Shown piece by piece: positions 9,267 to 18,076 of a stretch of 30,267 bases of DNA. Every line of letters begins with the position of its first letter. The first letter of the stretch is position 1. The stretch is from the UHGV virus genome UHGV-0229465, one strand, 5' to 3'. This stretch comes from a virus. The notes beneath the pieces are model-generated. The model ran no database searches, was not told the origin of the DNA, and saw nothing but the letters and a program-made list of their open reading frames with translations. The position numbers were made by a program, and so were the translations under genes.

Positions 9267-9894
9267 TGTACCGCTGAGTCTGAAATCTGTCAGTGACTCC
9301 GGTGAGTTTGAAGGGTATGGCTCCGTCTTTGGTGTAAAGGACAGCCACGATGATGTGGTGATGTCCGGGGCATTTGCTGCTTCCCTGCGGGCGTGGAGTG
9401 ACAGAAAAGCGTTACCAGCGCTGCTCTGGCAGCACCGCATGGATGAGCCCATCGGTGTTTATACCGAAATGAAGGAAGACGATGTCGGGCTTTACGTCAG
9501 GGGGCGGTTGCTCATTGATGATGATCCCCTGGCAAAACGCGCACATGCACACATGAAGGCCGGTTCGTTAACCGGCCTTTCTATTGGGTACGTCCTGAAG
9601 GACTGGGAATACGACCGGACGAAAGAAGCCTTTCTGCTGAAAGAAATCGACCTCTGGGAAGTCAGTCTGGTGACGTTTCCGTCTAACGACGAGGCGCGGA
9701 TCAGCGACGTCAAGAACGCGCTGGCCCGCGGGGAAATCCCCGAACAGAAAAAAATCGAAAGAGTCCTGCGTGATGTCGGACTCTCCCGTACCCAGGCCAA
9801 AGCATTCATGGCCGGGGGCTATGGCGCACTGTCCCTGCGCGACGCTGAGGATGTGGGCTCTGCACTGAATGCACTGAAAAATCTGAACTTCTAA
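9244..9894 (+). CDS. Prohead protease (HK97 / S78 family)
   Basis: Between portal and major capsid; translation consistent with HK97-type protease; alternative start at 9208. Confidence 0.8.
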   Translation: MQTKQRLDVPLSLKSVSDSGEFEGYGSVFGVKDSHDDVVMSGAFAASLRAWSDRKALPALLWQHRMDEPIGVYTEMKEDDVGLYVRGRLLIDDDPLAKRAHAHMKAGSLTGLSIGYVLKDWEYDRTKEAFLLKEIDLWEVSLVTFPSNDEARISDVKNALARGEIPEQKKIERVLRDVGLSRTQAKAFMAGGYGALSLRDAEDVGSALNALKNLNF

Positions 9895-9908
9895 TCAGGA
9901 GAAATACG

Positions 9909-11114
9909 ATGGCGGTAGATATTAAAGATGTCGAACAGGTCGCGCAGGAGCTGCAGCAGAAGTTTGACGACTTCAAAGCAAAGAACGACAAGCGCGTGGA
10001 TGCGATTGAGCAGGAAAAAGGCAAACTTGCCGGGCAGGTGGAAACCCTGAACGGGAAACTCAGCGAGCTGGAAAACCTCAAAAGCGATCTTGAAAAAGAG
10101 CTTCTTGAGCTGAAACGTCCGGCAGGTGGTGCGCAAAATAAACTGGCCACCGAGCATAAAGAAGCGTTTGTGGGCTTCCTGCGTAAAGGCCGTGAAGATG
10201 GTCTGCGCGATCTGGAGCGCAAGGCATTACAGGTGGGCACCGATGAAGACGGCGGCTATGCCGTGCCGGAAGCACTGGATCGCAACATTCTTACCCTGCT
10301 GAAAGATGAAGTGGTGATGCGCCAGGAAGCCACGGTGATCACCGTTGGCGGTTCCGACTACAAAAAACTGGTGAATCTGGGCGGCACGGCTTCCGGATGG
10401 GTTGGCGAGACTGACACGCGCTCCCAGACTGCCACCTCAAAACTGGGACTGATTGAACCTTTCATGGGGGAAATCTACGGTAACCCGCAGGCCACCCAGA
10501 AAATGCTGGATGATGCCTTTTTCAACGTGGAGGCCTGGATCAACAGCGAGCTGGCAACCGAATTTGCCGAACAGGAAGAAATTGCCTTTACCACCGGCGA
10601 TGGTACCAAGAAGCCGAAAGGGTTCCTGGCGTATGAATCCACGGATGAAACCGATAAGGTCCGGGCGTTCGGCAAACTTCAGCATATTGTATCCGGCGAC
10701 GCGACTGCGGTGACCGCAGACGCCATTATCAAACTGATTTACACGCTGCGAAAGGCACACCGCACTGGCGCGAAGTTCATGATGAATAACAACAGCCTGT
10801 TTGCCATCCGTCTGCTGAAAGACACCGAGGGTAACTATCTGTGGCGTCCGGGGCTGGAACTGGGGCAGCCGTCCTCTCTGGCGGGTTACGGTATCGCTGA
10901 AAACGAACAGATGCCGGATATCGCCGCTGATGCGAAAGCCCTTGCATTTGGTAACTTCAAACGGGGTTACACCATCGTTGACCGTATCGGCACCCGCATT
11001 CTGCGTGACCCGTACACCAATAAACCGTTTGTCGGTTTTTATACCACCAAGCGCACCGGCGGGATGCTGGTCGATTCGCAGGCCATCAAACTGCTGAAGA
11101 TTGCAGCGGCGTAA
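9909..11114 (+). CDS. Major capsid protein (HK97 fold) with N-terminal coiled-coil delta domain
   Basis: AGGAGA RBS; 401 aa; coiled-coil first ~100 aa then capsid-like domain; GC-rich hairpin directly downstream. Confidence 0.9.
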   Translation: MAVDIKDVEQVAQELQQKFDDFKAKNDKRVDAIEQEKGKLAGQVETLNGKLSELENLKSDLEKELLELKRPAGGAQNKLATEHKEAFVGFLRKGREDGLRDLERKALQVGTDEDGGYAVPEALDRNILTLLKDEVVMRQEATVITVGGSDYKKLVNLGGTASGWVGETDTRSQTATSKLGLIEPFMGEIYGNPQATQKMLDDAFFNVEAWINSELATEFAEQEEIAFTTGDGTKKPKGFLAYESTDETDKVRAFGKLQHIVSGDATAVTADAIIKLIYTLRKAHRTGAKFMMNNNSLFAIRLLKDTEGNYLWRPGLELGQPSSLAGYGIAENEQMPDIAADAKALAFGNFKRGYTIVDRIGTRILRDPYTNKPFVGFYTTKRTGGMLVDSQAIKLLKIAAA

Positions 11115-11120
11115 TCACTC

Positions 11121-11142
11121 AGGGGCGCGGAACCGCGCCCCT
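11121..11142 (+). terminator. GC-rich hairpin after capsid gene (possible attenuator)
   Basis: aggggcgcgg-aac-cgcgcccct perfect 10-bp stem; no clean T-run follows. Confidence 0.3.
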
Positions 11143-11162
11143 GTTCTGACGGGTGAAGAATC

Positions 11163-11363
11163 ATGATCCTGAAACAAGATCTGAAATGGTCACCGGACGG
11201 TATGCGTGTTGAGGTCATTCGGGCCGGTGAGTATGACGACGGGGCGCTTCCTGCCCGGGTGCAGGAGATTGCACTTCAGGCCGGGTTAGCAGAGCGCGGA
11301 ACCAGTGCAAAAAGCAGTAAAGCGGCAAAAGAGAAAAAAGCCACGACCAGTAAAGAGGGCTGA
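11163..11363 (+). CDS. Small hypothetical protein with Lys-rich C-terminus
   Basis: 66-aa ORF between capsid and connector genes; weak RBS. Confidence 0.35.
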   Translation: MILKQDLKWSPDGMRVEVIRAGEYDDGALPARVQEIALQAGLAERGTSAKSSKAAKEKKATTSKEG

Positions 11364-11365
11364 GT

Positions 11366-11689
11366 ATGCTTCTGACAATGGAAGAGATTAAAGCCCAACT
11401 CCGGCTGGATGAGGATTTCGATGCTGATGACCGCCATCTGCAACTGCTGGCCTGTGCGGCGCAAAAGCGGACGGAAACGTATCTGAACCGGAAGCTCTAT
11501 GCACCGGATGAAACCATTCCGGACAGCGATCCGGACGGGCTGCACCTGTCGGATGATATTCGTCTGGGGATGCTGATGCTTATCAGCCATTTTTACGAAA
11601 ACCGCTCTTCGGTTACGGAAGTGGAGAAACTCGACATGCCGCAGAGTTTTGGCTGGCTTGTCGGCCCGTACAGGTACTTTCCGCAATGA
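11366..11689 (+). CDS. Head-tail connector protein (gp6-like)
   Basis: AGAGGG RBS; 107 aa; position and size typical of HK97-type head completion genes. Confidence 0.65.
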   Translation: MLLTMEEIKAQLRLDEDFDADDRHLQLLACAAQKRTETYLNRKLYAPDETIPDSDPDGLHLSDDIRLGMLMLISHFYENRSSVTEVEKLDMPQSFGWLVGPYRYFPQ

Positions 11690-12096
11690 AAATTCGTCAG
11701 GCGCAGACCAGCGCAACCTACATTCTGCCGGACCCCGGCGAACTGAATAAACGCGTCCTGATCCGCCAGCGGGTGGATATGCCTGTGGATAACTTTGGCG
11801 TGGAGCCTCAATACCCGGTTGCGTTCCGGGCATGGGCGAAGGTTGTCCAGACCAGTGCCACCACCTGGCAGGAAACCGCGCAGACCGGGGACGCCATCAC
11901 CCATTACATCACCATTCGTTACCGCCGGGGGATCACTGCTGATTATGAGGTGGTCTGTGATGACAGTGTGTACCGGGTGAAACGTCAGCGTGATCTGAAC
12001 GGGGCGCGGCGCTTTCTGCTGCTGGAGTGTACGGAGCTGGGCGAATGTAGGCAGAGTCACGGAGGCAGCAATGGCGACTCCCTTTTTTCACGTTGA
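11686..12096 (+). CDS. Head-tail joining / head closure protein
   Basis: Overlapping start-stop with previous gene; 136 aa; position. Confidence 0.6.
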   Translation: MKIRQAQTSATYILPDPGELNKRVLIRQRVDMPVDNFGVEPQYPVAFRAWAKVVQTSATTWQETAQTGDAITHYITIRYRRGITADYEVVCDDSVYRVKRQRDLNGARRFLLLECTELGECRQSHGGSNGDSLFSR

Positions 12097-12577
12097 TGTT
12101 CAGCAGCCCGCCGAGATGCGCTTTAACCGCGCCCGTGTCCGGCGGGCGTTTGTCACGATTGGGCAGCGTCATATGCGTGATGCCCGTCGGCTGGTGATGC
12201 GCCGTGCGCGGTCGGCACCGGGTGAAAACCCCGGTTATCAGACCGGACGCCTGGCTCGTTCGATTGGTTATATGGTGCCGAGAGCCAGTAAAAAGCGAGC
12301 CGGTTTTATGACACGCATTGCCCCTAACCAGCGCAACGGGAAGGGGAACCGGATGATCTCTGGTGACTTCTATCCGGCGTTTCTGTTTTTTGGTGTCCGG
12401 GGAGGAGCAAAACGTCGTCGCAGTCATCATCGTGGTGCATCCGGTGGCAGCGGCTGGCGACTGGCTCCACGTAATAACTTCATGGTGGAAACTCTTGAAA
12501 AGAACCGCAGCTGGACACGCTATTTTCTGGCGCGGGAATTGCGTAAATCACTGAAGCCGGAGCGACGACACAGATGA
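12071..12577 (+). CDS. HK97 gp10-family neck/tail completion protein
   Basis: GGAGG RBS; ...GDFYPAFLFFG... motif recalled from the gp10 family. Confidence 0.65.
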   Translation: MATPFFHVDVQQPAEMRFNRARVRRAFVTIGQRHMRDARRLVMRRARSAPGENPGYQTGRLARSIGYMVPRASKKRAGFMTRIAPNQRNGKGNRMISGDFYPAFLFFGVRGGAKRRRSHHRGASGGSGWRLAPRNNFMVETLEKNRSWTRYFLARELRKSLKPERRHR

Positions 12578-13134
12578 AACTGACGCCTGTTATTGCTGCG
12601 CTGCGTGCCCGCTGCCCGTATTTTGAAAACCGGGTGGCAGGCGCGGCACAGTTCAAAAATCTGCCGGAGGTCGGAAAGCTGAGACTCCCGGCGGCGTATG
12701 TGGTACCGGGTGATGACTCTCCGGGAGAAAACAAAAGCCAGACCGACTACTGGCAGGAGCTGAAAGAGGGCTTCTCCGTGGTTGTCATACTGAGTAACGG
12801 GCGTGATGAGCGCGGTCAGTTTGCCTCGTATGATGTGGTGGACGATGTCCGGCAGATGTTCTTTAAGGCCCTGCTGGGCTGGAACCCGGAAGCGTGCGGT
12901 AACCCGATTACCTATGACGGCGGCACGCTGCTGGATCTGAATCGTCATGAGCTGATTTATCAGTTCGATTTTTCGGTCATCAGCGAGCTGACTGAAGACG
13001 ATACCCGCCAGCAGGATGATCTGAACAGTCTGGATGAACTGCAAACGCTGGCGATTGATGTTGATTATCTCGAGCCCGGTAACGGGCCTGACGGCGATAT
13101 CGAACATCACACCGAAATAACCCTTCCTTCCTGA
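12574..13134 (+). CDS. Tail-associated protein (possibly Mu gp37-like)
   Basis: 186-aa ORF preceding the sheath gene; family uncertain. Confidence 0.5.
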   Translation: MKLTPVIAALRARCPYFENRVAGAAQFKNLPEVGKLRLPAAYVVPGDDSPGENKSQTDYWQELKEGFSVVVILSNGRDERGQFASYDVVDDVRQMFFKALLGWNPEACGNPITYDGGTLLDLNRHELIYQFDFSVISELTEDDTRQQDDLNSLDELQTLAIDVDYLEPGNGPDGDIEHHTEITLPS

Positions 13135-13142
13135 GGATCCTC

Positions 13143-13310
13143 ATGTTTGTGAAACCTGTTAAAGGGCGGTCAGTTCCTGACCCTGCCCGCGGCGACCTTT
13201 TGCCCGCCGAAGGGCGAAATGTTGACGAGAACAACTACTGGCTGCGCCGTGAAGCAGCGGGTGATATCCGGCGCGTGAATAAAAAGGTGAACACCGATGA
13301 CGATAAGCTT
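13143..13310 (+). CDS. Small protein preceding tail sheath (DUF2635-like)
   Basis: 55-aa ORF MFVKPVKGRSVPDPARGDLLPAEGRNVDENNYWLRREAAGDIRRVNKKVNTDDDKL, not in the ORF track; a conserved small gene occupies this position in Mu-like tail modules. Confidence 0.4.
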
Positions 13311-14793
13311 TAACACCATTCCGTCGAATACGCTGGTTCCGTTGTTTTATGCGGAAATGGATAACCAGGCGGCGAATACTGCACAGGACAGCGGGGCATC
13401 GTTGCTGATTGGTCATGCCAGTAACGGTGCAGAGATTGTTGCCAACAGTCTGGTACTGATGCCGTCGGCAGACTATGCACGCCAGATTTGTGGTGCGGGA
13501 AGTCAGCTGGCGCGTATGGTCGAGGCTTATCGCCAGACCGACCCGTTTGGTGAGCTGTATGTGATTGCCGTTCCTGAATCCACGGGCGCGGCGGCAACGG
13601 TTACGCTGACGGTGACCGGGGAGGCAACCGAAACCGGCACGGTGAATGTGTATGTGGGACGTACCCGCGTGCAGGCTCCGGTGACCAACGGCGATAACGT
13701 CGCGACGATTGCCAGCAGTATTAAAGATGCCATCAATGCCGTTCCGACCCTGCCGTTTACTGCCTCATCTTCGGCAGGCGTGGTCACACTGACCGCGCGT
13801 CATAAGGGGCTTTGCGGGAATGAAATTCCTGTCAGCCTCAATTACTACGGCTTTGGTGGGGGCGAAGTGCTGCCAGCGGGCGTACAGATTGCCGTGGCGA
13901 CGGGGACCGCCGGAACGGGCGCTCCGGTTCTCACCGGCGCGGTGGCTGCAATGGCGGATGAGCCGTTTGATTATATCGGCCTGCCGTTCAACGACACGGC
14001 CTCCGTTAACACGCTGGTGACCGAGATGAACGATACCAGCGGTCGCTGGAGCTATGCGCGTCAGCTGTATGGTCATGTGTATACGGCAAAGATCGGCACG
14101 CTGTCAGAACTGGTGACCGCAGGTGACCAGTTTAACCAGCAGCACATTACCCTGGCGGGGTACGAAAAAGAGACCCAGACGCCTGCCGACGAGCTGGCGG
14201 CAAGCCGTACCGCCCGCGCAGCGGTGTTTATCCGCAACGATCCGGCTCGTCCCACGCAGACCGGTGAGCTGGTGGGTATGCTGCCTGCGCCGAAGGGGAA
14301 ACGGTTCACGATGACCGAGCAGCAGACCCTGCTGTCTCATGGCGTGGCAACGGCGTATGTCGAAAGCGGGGTGCTGCGCATTCAGCGTGATGTCACCACG
14401 TACAGGAAAAACGCTTACGGTGTTGCGGATAACAGCTACCTCGACAGCGAGACGCTGCATACCAGCGCGTATGTGCTGCGCAAACTGAAATCCGTCATTA
14501 CCAGTAAGTACGGGCGTCACAAGCTTGCCAGCGACGGTACCCGCTTTGGTCCCGGTCAGGCGATTGTCACCCCGGCGGTGATCAAAGGGGAACTGCTGGC
14601 AACCTACCGTCAGCTCGAGCGTGCGGGGATCGTGGAAAACTACGAACTGTTCAAGCAGTACCTGGTTGTGGAGCGTGATGCCAGCGATCCGAACCGCCTG
14701 AACACGCTGTTCCCGCCTGACTATGTTAACCAGTTGCGTGTCTTTGCCGTGGTTAACCAGTTCCGTCTTCAGTATTCAGAGGAGTCTGCATAA
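13297..14793 (+). CDS. Tail sheath protein (Mu gpL-like)
   Basis: 498 aa; AAGGTGA RBS; followed directly by the tube gene. Confidence 0.85.
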   Translation: MTISFNTIPSNTLVPLFYAEMDNQAANTAQDSGASLLIGHASNGAEIVANSLVLMPSADYARQICGAGSQLARMVEAYRQTDPFGELYVIAVPESTGAAATVTLTVTGEATETGTVNVYVGRTRVQAPVTNGDNVATIASSIKDAINAVPTLPFTASSSAGVVTLTARHKGLCGNEIPVSLNYYGFGGGEVLPAGVQIAVATGTAGTGAPVLTGAVAAMADEPFDYIGLPFNDTASVNTLVTEMNDTSGRWSYARQLYGHVYTAKIGTLSELVTAGDQFNQQHITLAGYEKETQTPADELAASRTARAAVFIRNDPARPTQTGELVGMLPAPKGKRFTMTEQQTLLSHGVATAYVESGVLRIQRDVTTYRKNAYGVADNSYLDSETLHTSAYVLRKLKSVITSKYGRHKLASDGTRFGPGQAIVTPAVIKGELLATYRQLERAGIVENYELFKQYLVVERDASDPNRLNTLFPPDYVNQLRVFAVVNQFRLQYSEESA

Positions 14794-15149
14794 TGGCCCG
14801 TATCGGGGGAACCTGTTATTTCAAAATTGACGGTCAGCAGCTATCGCTGACCGGCGGCATTGAGGTGCCCATGAACAGGACGGTCAATGATGACATCATC
14901 AGCCTGGACGGTTCAGTGGACCGCAAGGAAACTCACCGTGCGCCTTATGTCAAAGGGACCTTCAAGGTGCCGAAGAATTTTCCGGTGAACAAAATCACCT
15001 CGTCTGATGAGATGACTATCACTGCCGAGCTGGCGAACGGTCAGGTCTATGTACTGTCGTCTGCCTGGCTGCACGGCGAAGCGAACCATAATGCCGAAGA
15101 AGGCACGGTTGATCTTGAGTTCCACGGTGAAGAAGGGGATTACCAGTAA
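14793..15149 (+). CDS. Tail tube protein (Mu gpM-like)
   Basis: 118 aa directly after sheath; GAGGAG RBS. Confidence 0.8.
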   Translation: MARIGGTCYFKIDGQQLSLTGGIEVPMNRTVNDDIISLDGSVDRKETHRAPYVKGTFKVPKNFPVNKITSSDEMTITAELANGQVYVLSSAWLHGEANHNAEEGTVDLEFHGEEGDYQ

Positions 15150-15418
15150 TGAAAGAGCTTGAGTTAAAGAAACCGATTACTGCTCATGGCGAGACACTCT
15201 CCGTACTGGAGTTTGATGAGCCCACCGGGAAGGATGTCCGCGAGCTGGGGTATCCCTACCAGATGAATCAGGATGAGTCAGTCAAACTTCTGGCGCATGT
15301 GGTGTCGAAATACATTGTGCGGCTGGCGAAAGTGCCGCAAAGCTCTGTCGACCAGATGTCTCCGGCAGACCTGAATGCAGCGGCGTGGCTTGTGGCTGGT
15401 TTTTTCCTCCAGGCCTGA
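15149..15418 (+). CDS. Tail assembly chaperone, short (G-like) form
   Basis: 89-aa ORF between tube and tape measure; ends just after slippery T TTT TTC (15400-15406). Confidence 0.7.
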   Translation: MKELELKKPITAHGETLSVLEFDEPTGKDVRELGYPYQMNQDESVKLLAHVVSKYIVRLAKVPQSSVDQMSPADLNAAAWLVAGFFLQA

Positions 15419-15567
15419 CGGCTGAATACCTCACTGATCGCTTCTTTGACTGCGCCAGCTACTGGCGCATTAATCCTTTCGAATTGCTGAATATGCCGAT
15501 CAGTGAAATTCCCTTACTGGTCAGTCAGGCAAACAGGATAGAGCAGGAGAAACGCACACATGGCTGA
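15149..15567 (+). CDS. Tail assembly chaperone, -1 frameshift-extended (GT-like) form
   Basis: -1 frame ORF 15385-15567 has no RBS of its own, overlaps the 3' end of the chaperone and ends overlapping the tape-measure start (ATGGCTGA). Confidence 0.6.
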
Positions 15568-17392
15568 ATTTGAGCTTAAGGCGTTGATCACCGGTGTCGA
15601 CAGGCTTTCTCCCGCGCTGTCGAAAATGCAAAAGAAAATCCGGGGATTTAAACGCCAGGCGGAAGAAGCGTCACAGGGTGGGCTGGCGCTTGGTGGCGGA
15701 CTGGCAGCGGGTCTGACGCTTTCCCTGAAATCTTATGCCGATCAGGAAAACGCCGCCACCGGGCTGAAAGTCGCCATGATGGATGCGAACGGCGAGGTTG
15801 GAAAGAGCTTTCAGGACATCAATAAACTGGCTATTGGCCTGGGTAACCAGCTACCCGGTACAACGGCTGATTTCCAGAACATGATGCAGATGCTGGTGCG
15901 TCAGGGGATCCCGGCAGAAAACATTCTGGGTTGTGTGGGTAAAGCGACAGCTTATCTTGCGGTACAACTGAAAAAAACACCGGAAGCGGCTGCCGAGTTT
16001 GCCGCAAAGATGCAGGATGCTACCGGAACGGCGTCAGAAGACATGATGGGGCTGTTCGACACTATCCAGAAGGCGTTTTATCTGGGCGTTGACGATACCA
16101 ACATGTTGTCCTTCTTCACTAAAACCAGTTCTGTTCTGAAGATGGTGAACAAGGATGGTCTTCAGGCTGCACAGAGCCTTGCCCCCATCAGCGTCATGAT
16201 GGATCAGATGGGGATGAACGGGGAGGCGGCAGGTAATGCCCTGCGAAAAGTTATCCAGTCAGGATTAAGTGTTAAGAAAATCAGGGACGTCAATAAAGTC
16301 ATGGCCCGCCAGAAACTCGGGGTACAGCTCGATTTTACTGACGGCAAAGGAAGTTTTGGCGGTCTTGATAACATGTTTAAGCAACTGGCAAAGTTGCGAA
16401 AACTGACTGACGTTAAGCGAACTAATGTACTTAAGGCAATATTTGGTGATGATGCCGAAACCATTCAGGTGGTCAATGCGCTGATCGATAAAGGAAAGGA
16501 TGGTTACGATCAGATCCAGCAGAAGATGAATAAACAGGCCAGCCTGAATAAACGTGTTCAGGCACAGCTTGGTACGTTGTCCAACCTGTGGGAGGCAATG
16601 ACGGGGACCGCAACTAACGGCCTTGCAGCTATTGGCGGCGCATTTTCTGGTGACGCTAAAAATATCACGCAATGGCTGGGGGAGTTGGGGGAGAAATTCA
16701 CGAAGTTTGCGGATCAAAATCCCCGGGTTATTCGCGGCGTCGTCGGGCTTGCTGCCGGTCTTGCGATTCTGAAACTGGGATTGATGGGCGTGGGCAGTGC
16801 CATCAGTATCGTCAGCAGGATCATGTCGATGACGCCGATTGGCATGATTGCGACGGCGATTGCCCTGGCTGCGGGATTAATTATCACTAACTGGGATGTT
16901 GTTGGACCTTATTTCAAGAAGCTCTGGGAAACCATTGGTCCTTATTTTGAGGTTGGCTGGGAACTCCTTAAGAAAGTTTTTGCCTGGTCGCCGCTGGGGA
17001 TGGTGATCAATAACTGGGGACCGGTTGTTAAGTGGTTTCAGGATATGTGGGACAAGCTGAAGCCAATTATTGAGTGGTTTACTGACAGTTCCGGTGACAC
17101 GGTCGATGCCATTAACTCTGCGCAGTGGGGCGCAGGTGCCTATGATGCTTATGGGACGGGAATACCGGCGTGGGGATACACACCTTATCCGGCGGTGGAT
17201 CCGGCTCAGTCAAACAACGCCTCCGGTGCCACAGGTCCGAATCCCTTCATGATTAACAAAGCTTCTGCGCCAAAAGTTGATGGTGAGATCAAGGTATCTT
17301 TTGTGAATATGCCACCAGGTATGCGGGTTATGGAAACGCGATCCAGCGGTATTGATGTCAGCCATGATGTTGGCTATACGCGGTTCAGGTAG
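15560..17392 (+). CDS. Tail tape measure protein
   Basis: 610 aa, Ala/Gly-rich helical protein with C-terminal hydrophobic segments; follows the chaperone frameshift pair. Confidence 0.85.
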   Translation: MAEFELKALITGVDRLSPALSKMQKKIRGFKRQAEEASQGGLALGGGLAAGLTLSLKSYADQENAATGLKVAMMDANGEVGKSFQDINKLAIGLGNQLPGTTADFQNMMQMLVRQGIPAENILGCVGKATAYLAVQLKKTPEAAAEFAAKMQDATGTASEDMMGLFDTIQKAFYLGVDDTNMLSFFTKTSSVLKMVNKDGLQAAQSLAPISVMMDQMGMNGEAAGNALRKVIQSGLSVKKIRDVNKVMARQKLGVQLDFTDGKGSFGGLDNMFKQLAKLRKLTDVKRTNVLKAIFGDDAETIQVVNALIDKGKDGYDQIQQKMNKQASLNKRVQAQLGTLSNLWEAMTGTATNGLAAIGGAFSGDAKNITQWLGELGEKFTKFADQNPRVIRGVVGLAAGLAILKLGLMGVGSAISIVSRIMSMTPIGMIATAIALAAGLIITNWDVVGPYFKKLWETIGPYFEVGWELLKKVFAWSPLGMVINNWGPVVKWFQDMWDKLKPIIEWFTDSSGDTVDAINSAQWGAGAYDAYGTGIPAWGYTPYPAVDPAQSNNASGATGPNPFMINKASAPKVDGEIKVSFVNMPPGMRVMETRSSGIDVSHDVGYTRFR

Positions 17393-17491
17393 TGTACAAA
17401 ATGATTAATGTGTTTTTGTCTGGCATAATTTGGGTTTTCAACTTTAAGTAGTTAATATAATCACTCCTTACAAATGATTGAAGGGATGATT

Positions 17492-17986
17492 ATGCGTATC
17501 TTTGTGTTTTTTATATCTGCACTTTTATCTTTTAACTTGGCAGCGGAAGAGTGTAAGTTCAGCTTTAATGAGTCAGAATTAATCTCTTCTATAGGTATTG
17601 CACCAGTTAAGCAAGAGATAGTAAAGGATGAAGGAATAACTAAGCGTCAATATGAATTCAGGAGAGAATTGTCTTTTGAAGAAATGCTTGGCGATGATGC
17701 TGATGAAAAATATGAGCCGCAGTTTTATATATCTGTTTATAATCCATCATGTCCACAAAAGGTTATTATTTGGTTTTTCAAAGACAATAAAAACACACAA
17801 GCTTTAAGTAATGAGGTCCTTGCTGGTAGAGCATTCAAGTATTTAACTGGTGTTAATGAAAGTATTTTTGAAAATAAAATGAAAAAGTTTTCAAAGGTAC
17901 AGTCATTTGAATCCTTTGATGAAAGGACGGACTCTAAATTTATAAAGAGTGGTAATGTTTATTCCATTGATGTTCAACTCAGATAG
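17492..17986 (+). CDS. Secreted hypothetical protein (signal peptide), AT-rich moron inside the tail cluster
   Basis: AAGGGA RBS 6 nt upstream of ATG at 17492 (track start 17474); signal peptide MRIFVFFISALLSFNLA; very low GC; TATAAT -10 element upstream; T-rich hairpin region downstream. Confidence 0.55.
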   Translation: MRIFVFFISALLSFNLAAEECKFSFNESELISSIGIAPVKQEIVKDEGITKRQYEFRRELSFEEMLGDDADEKYEPQFYISVYNPSCPQKVIIWFFKDNKNTQALSNEVLAGRAFKYLTGVNESIFENKMKKFSKVQSFESFDERTDSKFIKSGNVYSIDVQLR

Positions 17987-18076
17987 TAATTGAAAATATT
18001 AGAACCCCGCTACATCTTCTGCGATGTAAATAACTGACAAAGCAGATTTGGCGGGTTTTTTGTATCCGGAGTTTAT

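Noticed and set aside
9806-10240. 144-aa - strand ORF (and 10437-10760, 107 aa) inside the capsid gene
   Set aside because: Antisense to the major capsid gene; low-complexity Ser/Arg-rich translation typical of GC-rich antisense frames.
12520-13110. 196-aa - strand ORF
   Set aside because: Antisense to a co-oriented tail gene in a tightly packed operon; no independent signals.
15385-15567. 60-aa ORF as a separate gene
   Set aside because: No RBS or start context; better explained as the -1 frameshift extension of the tail chaperone.
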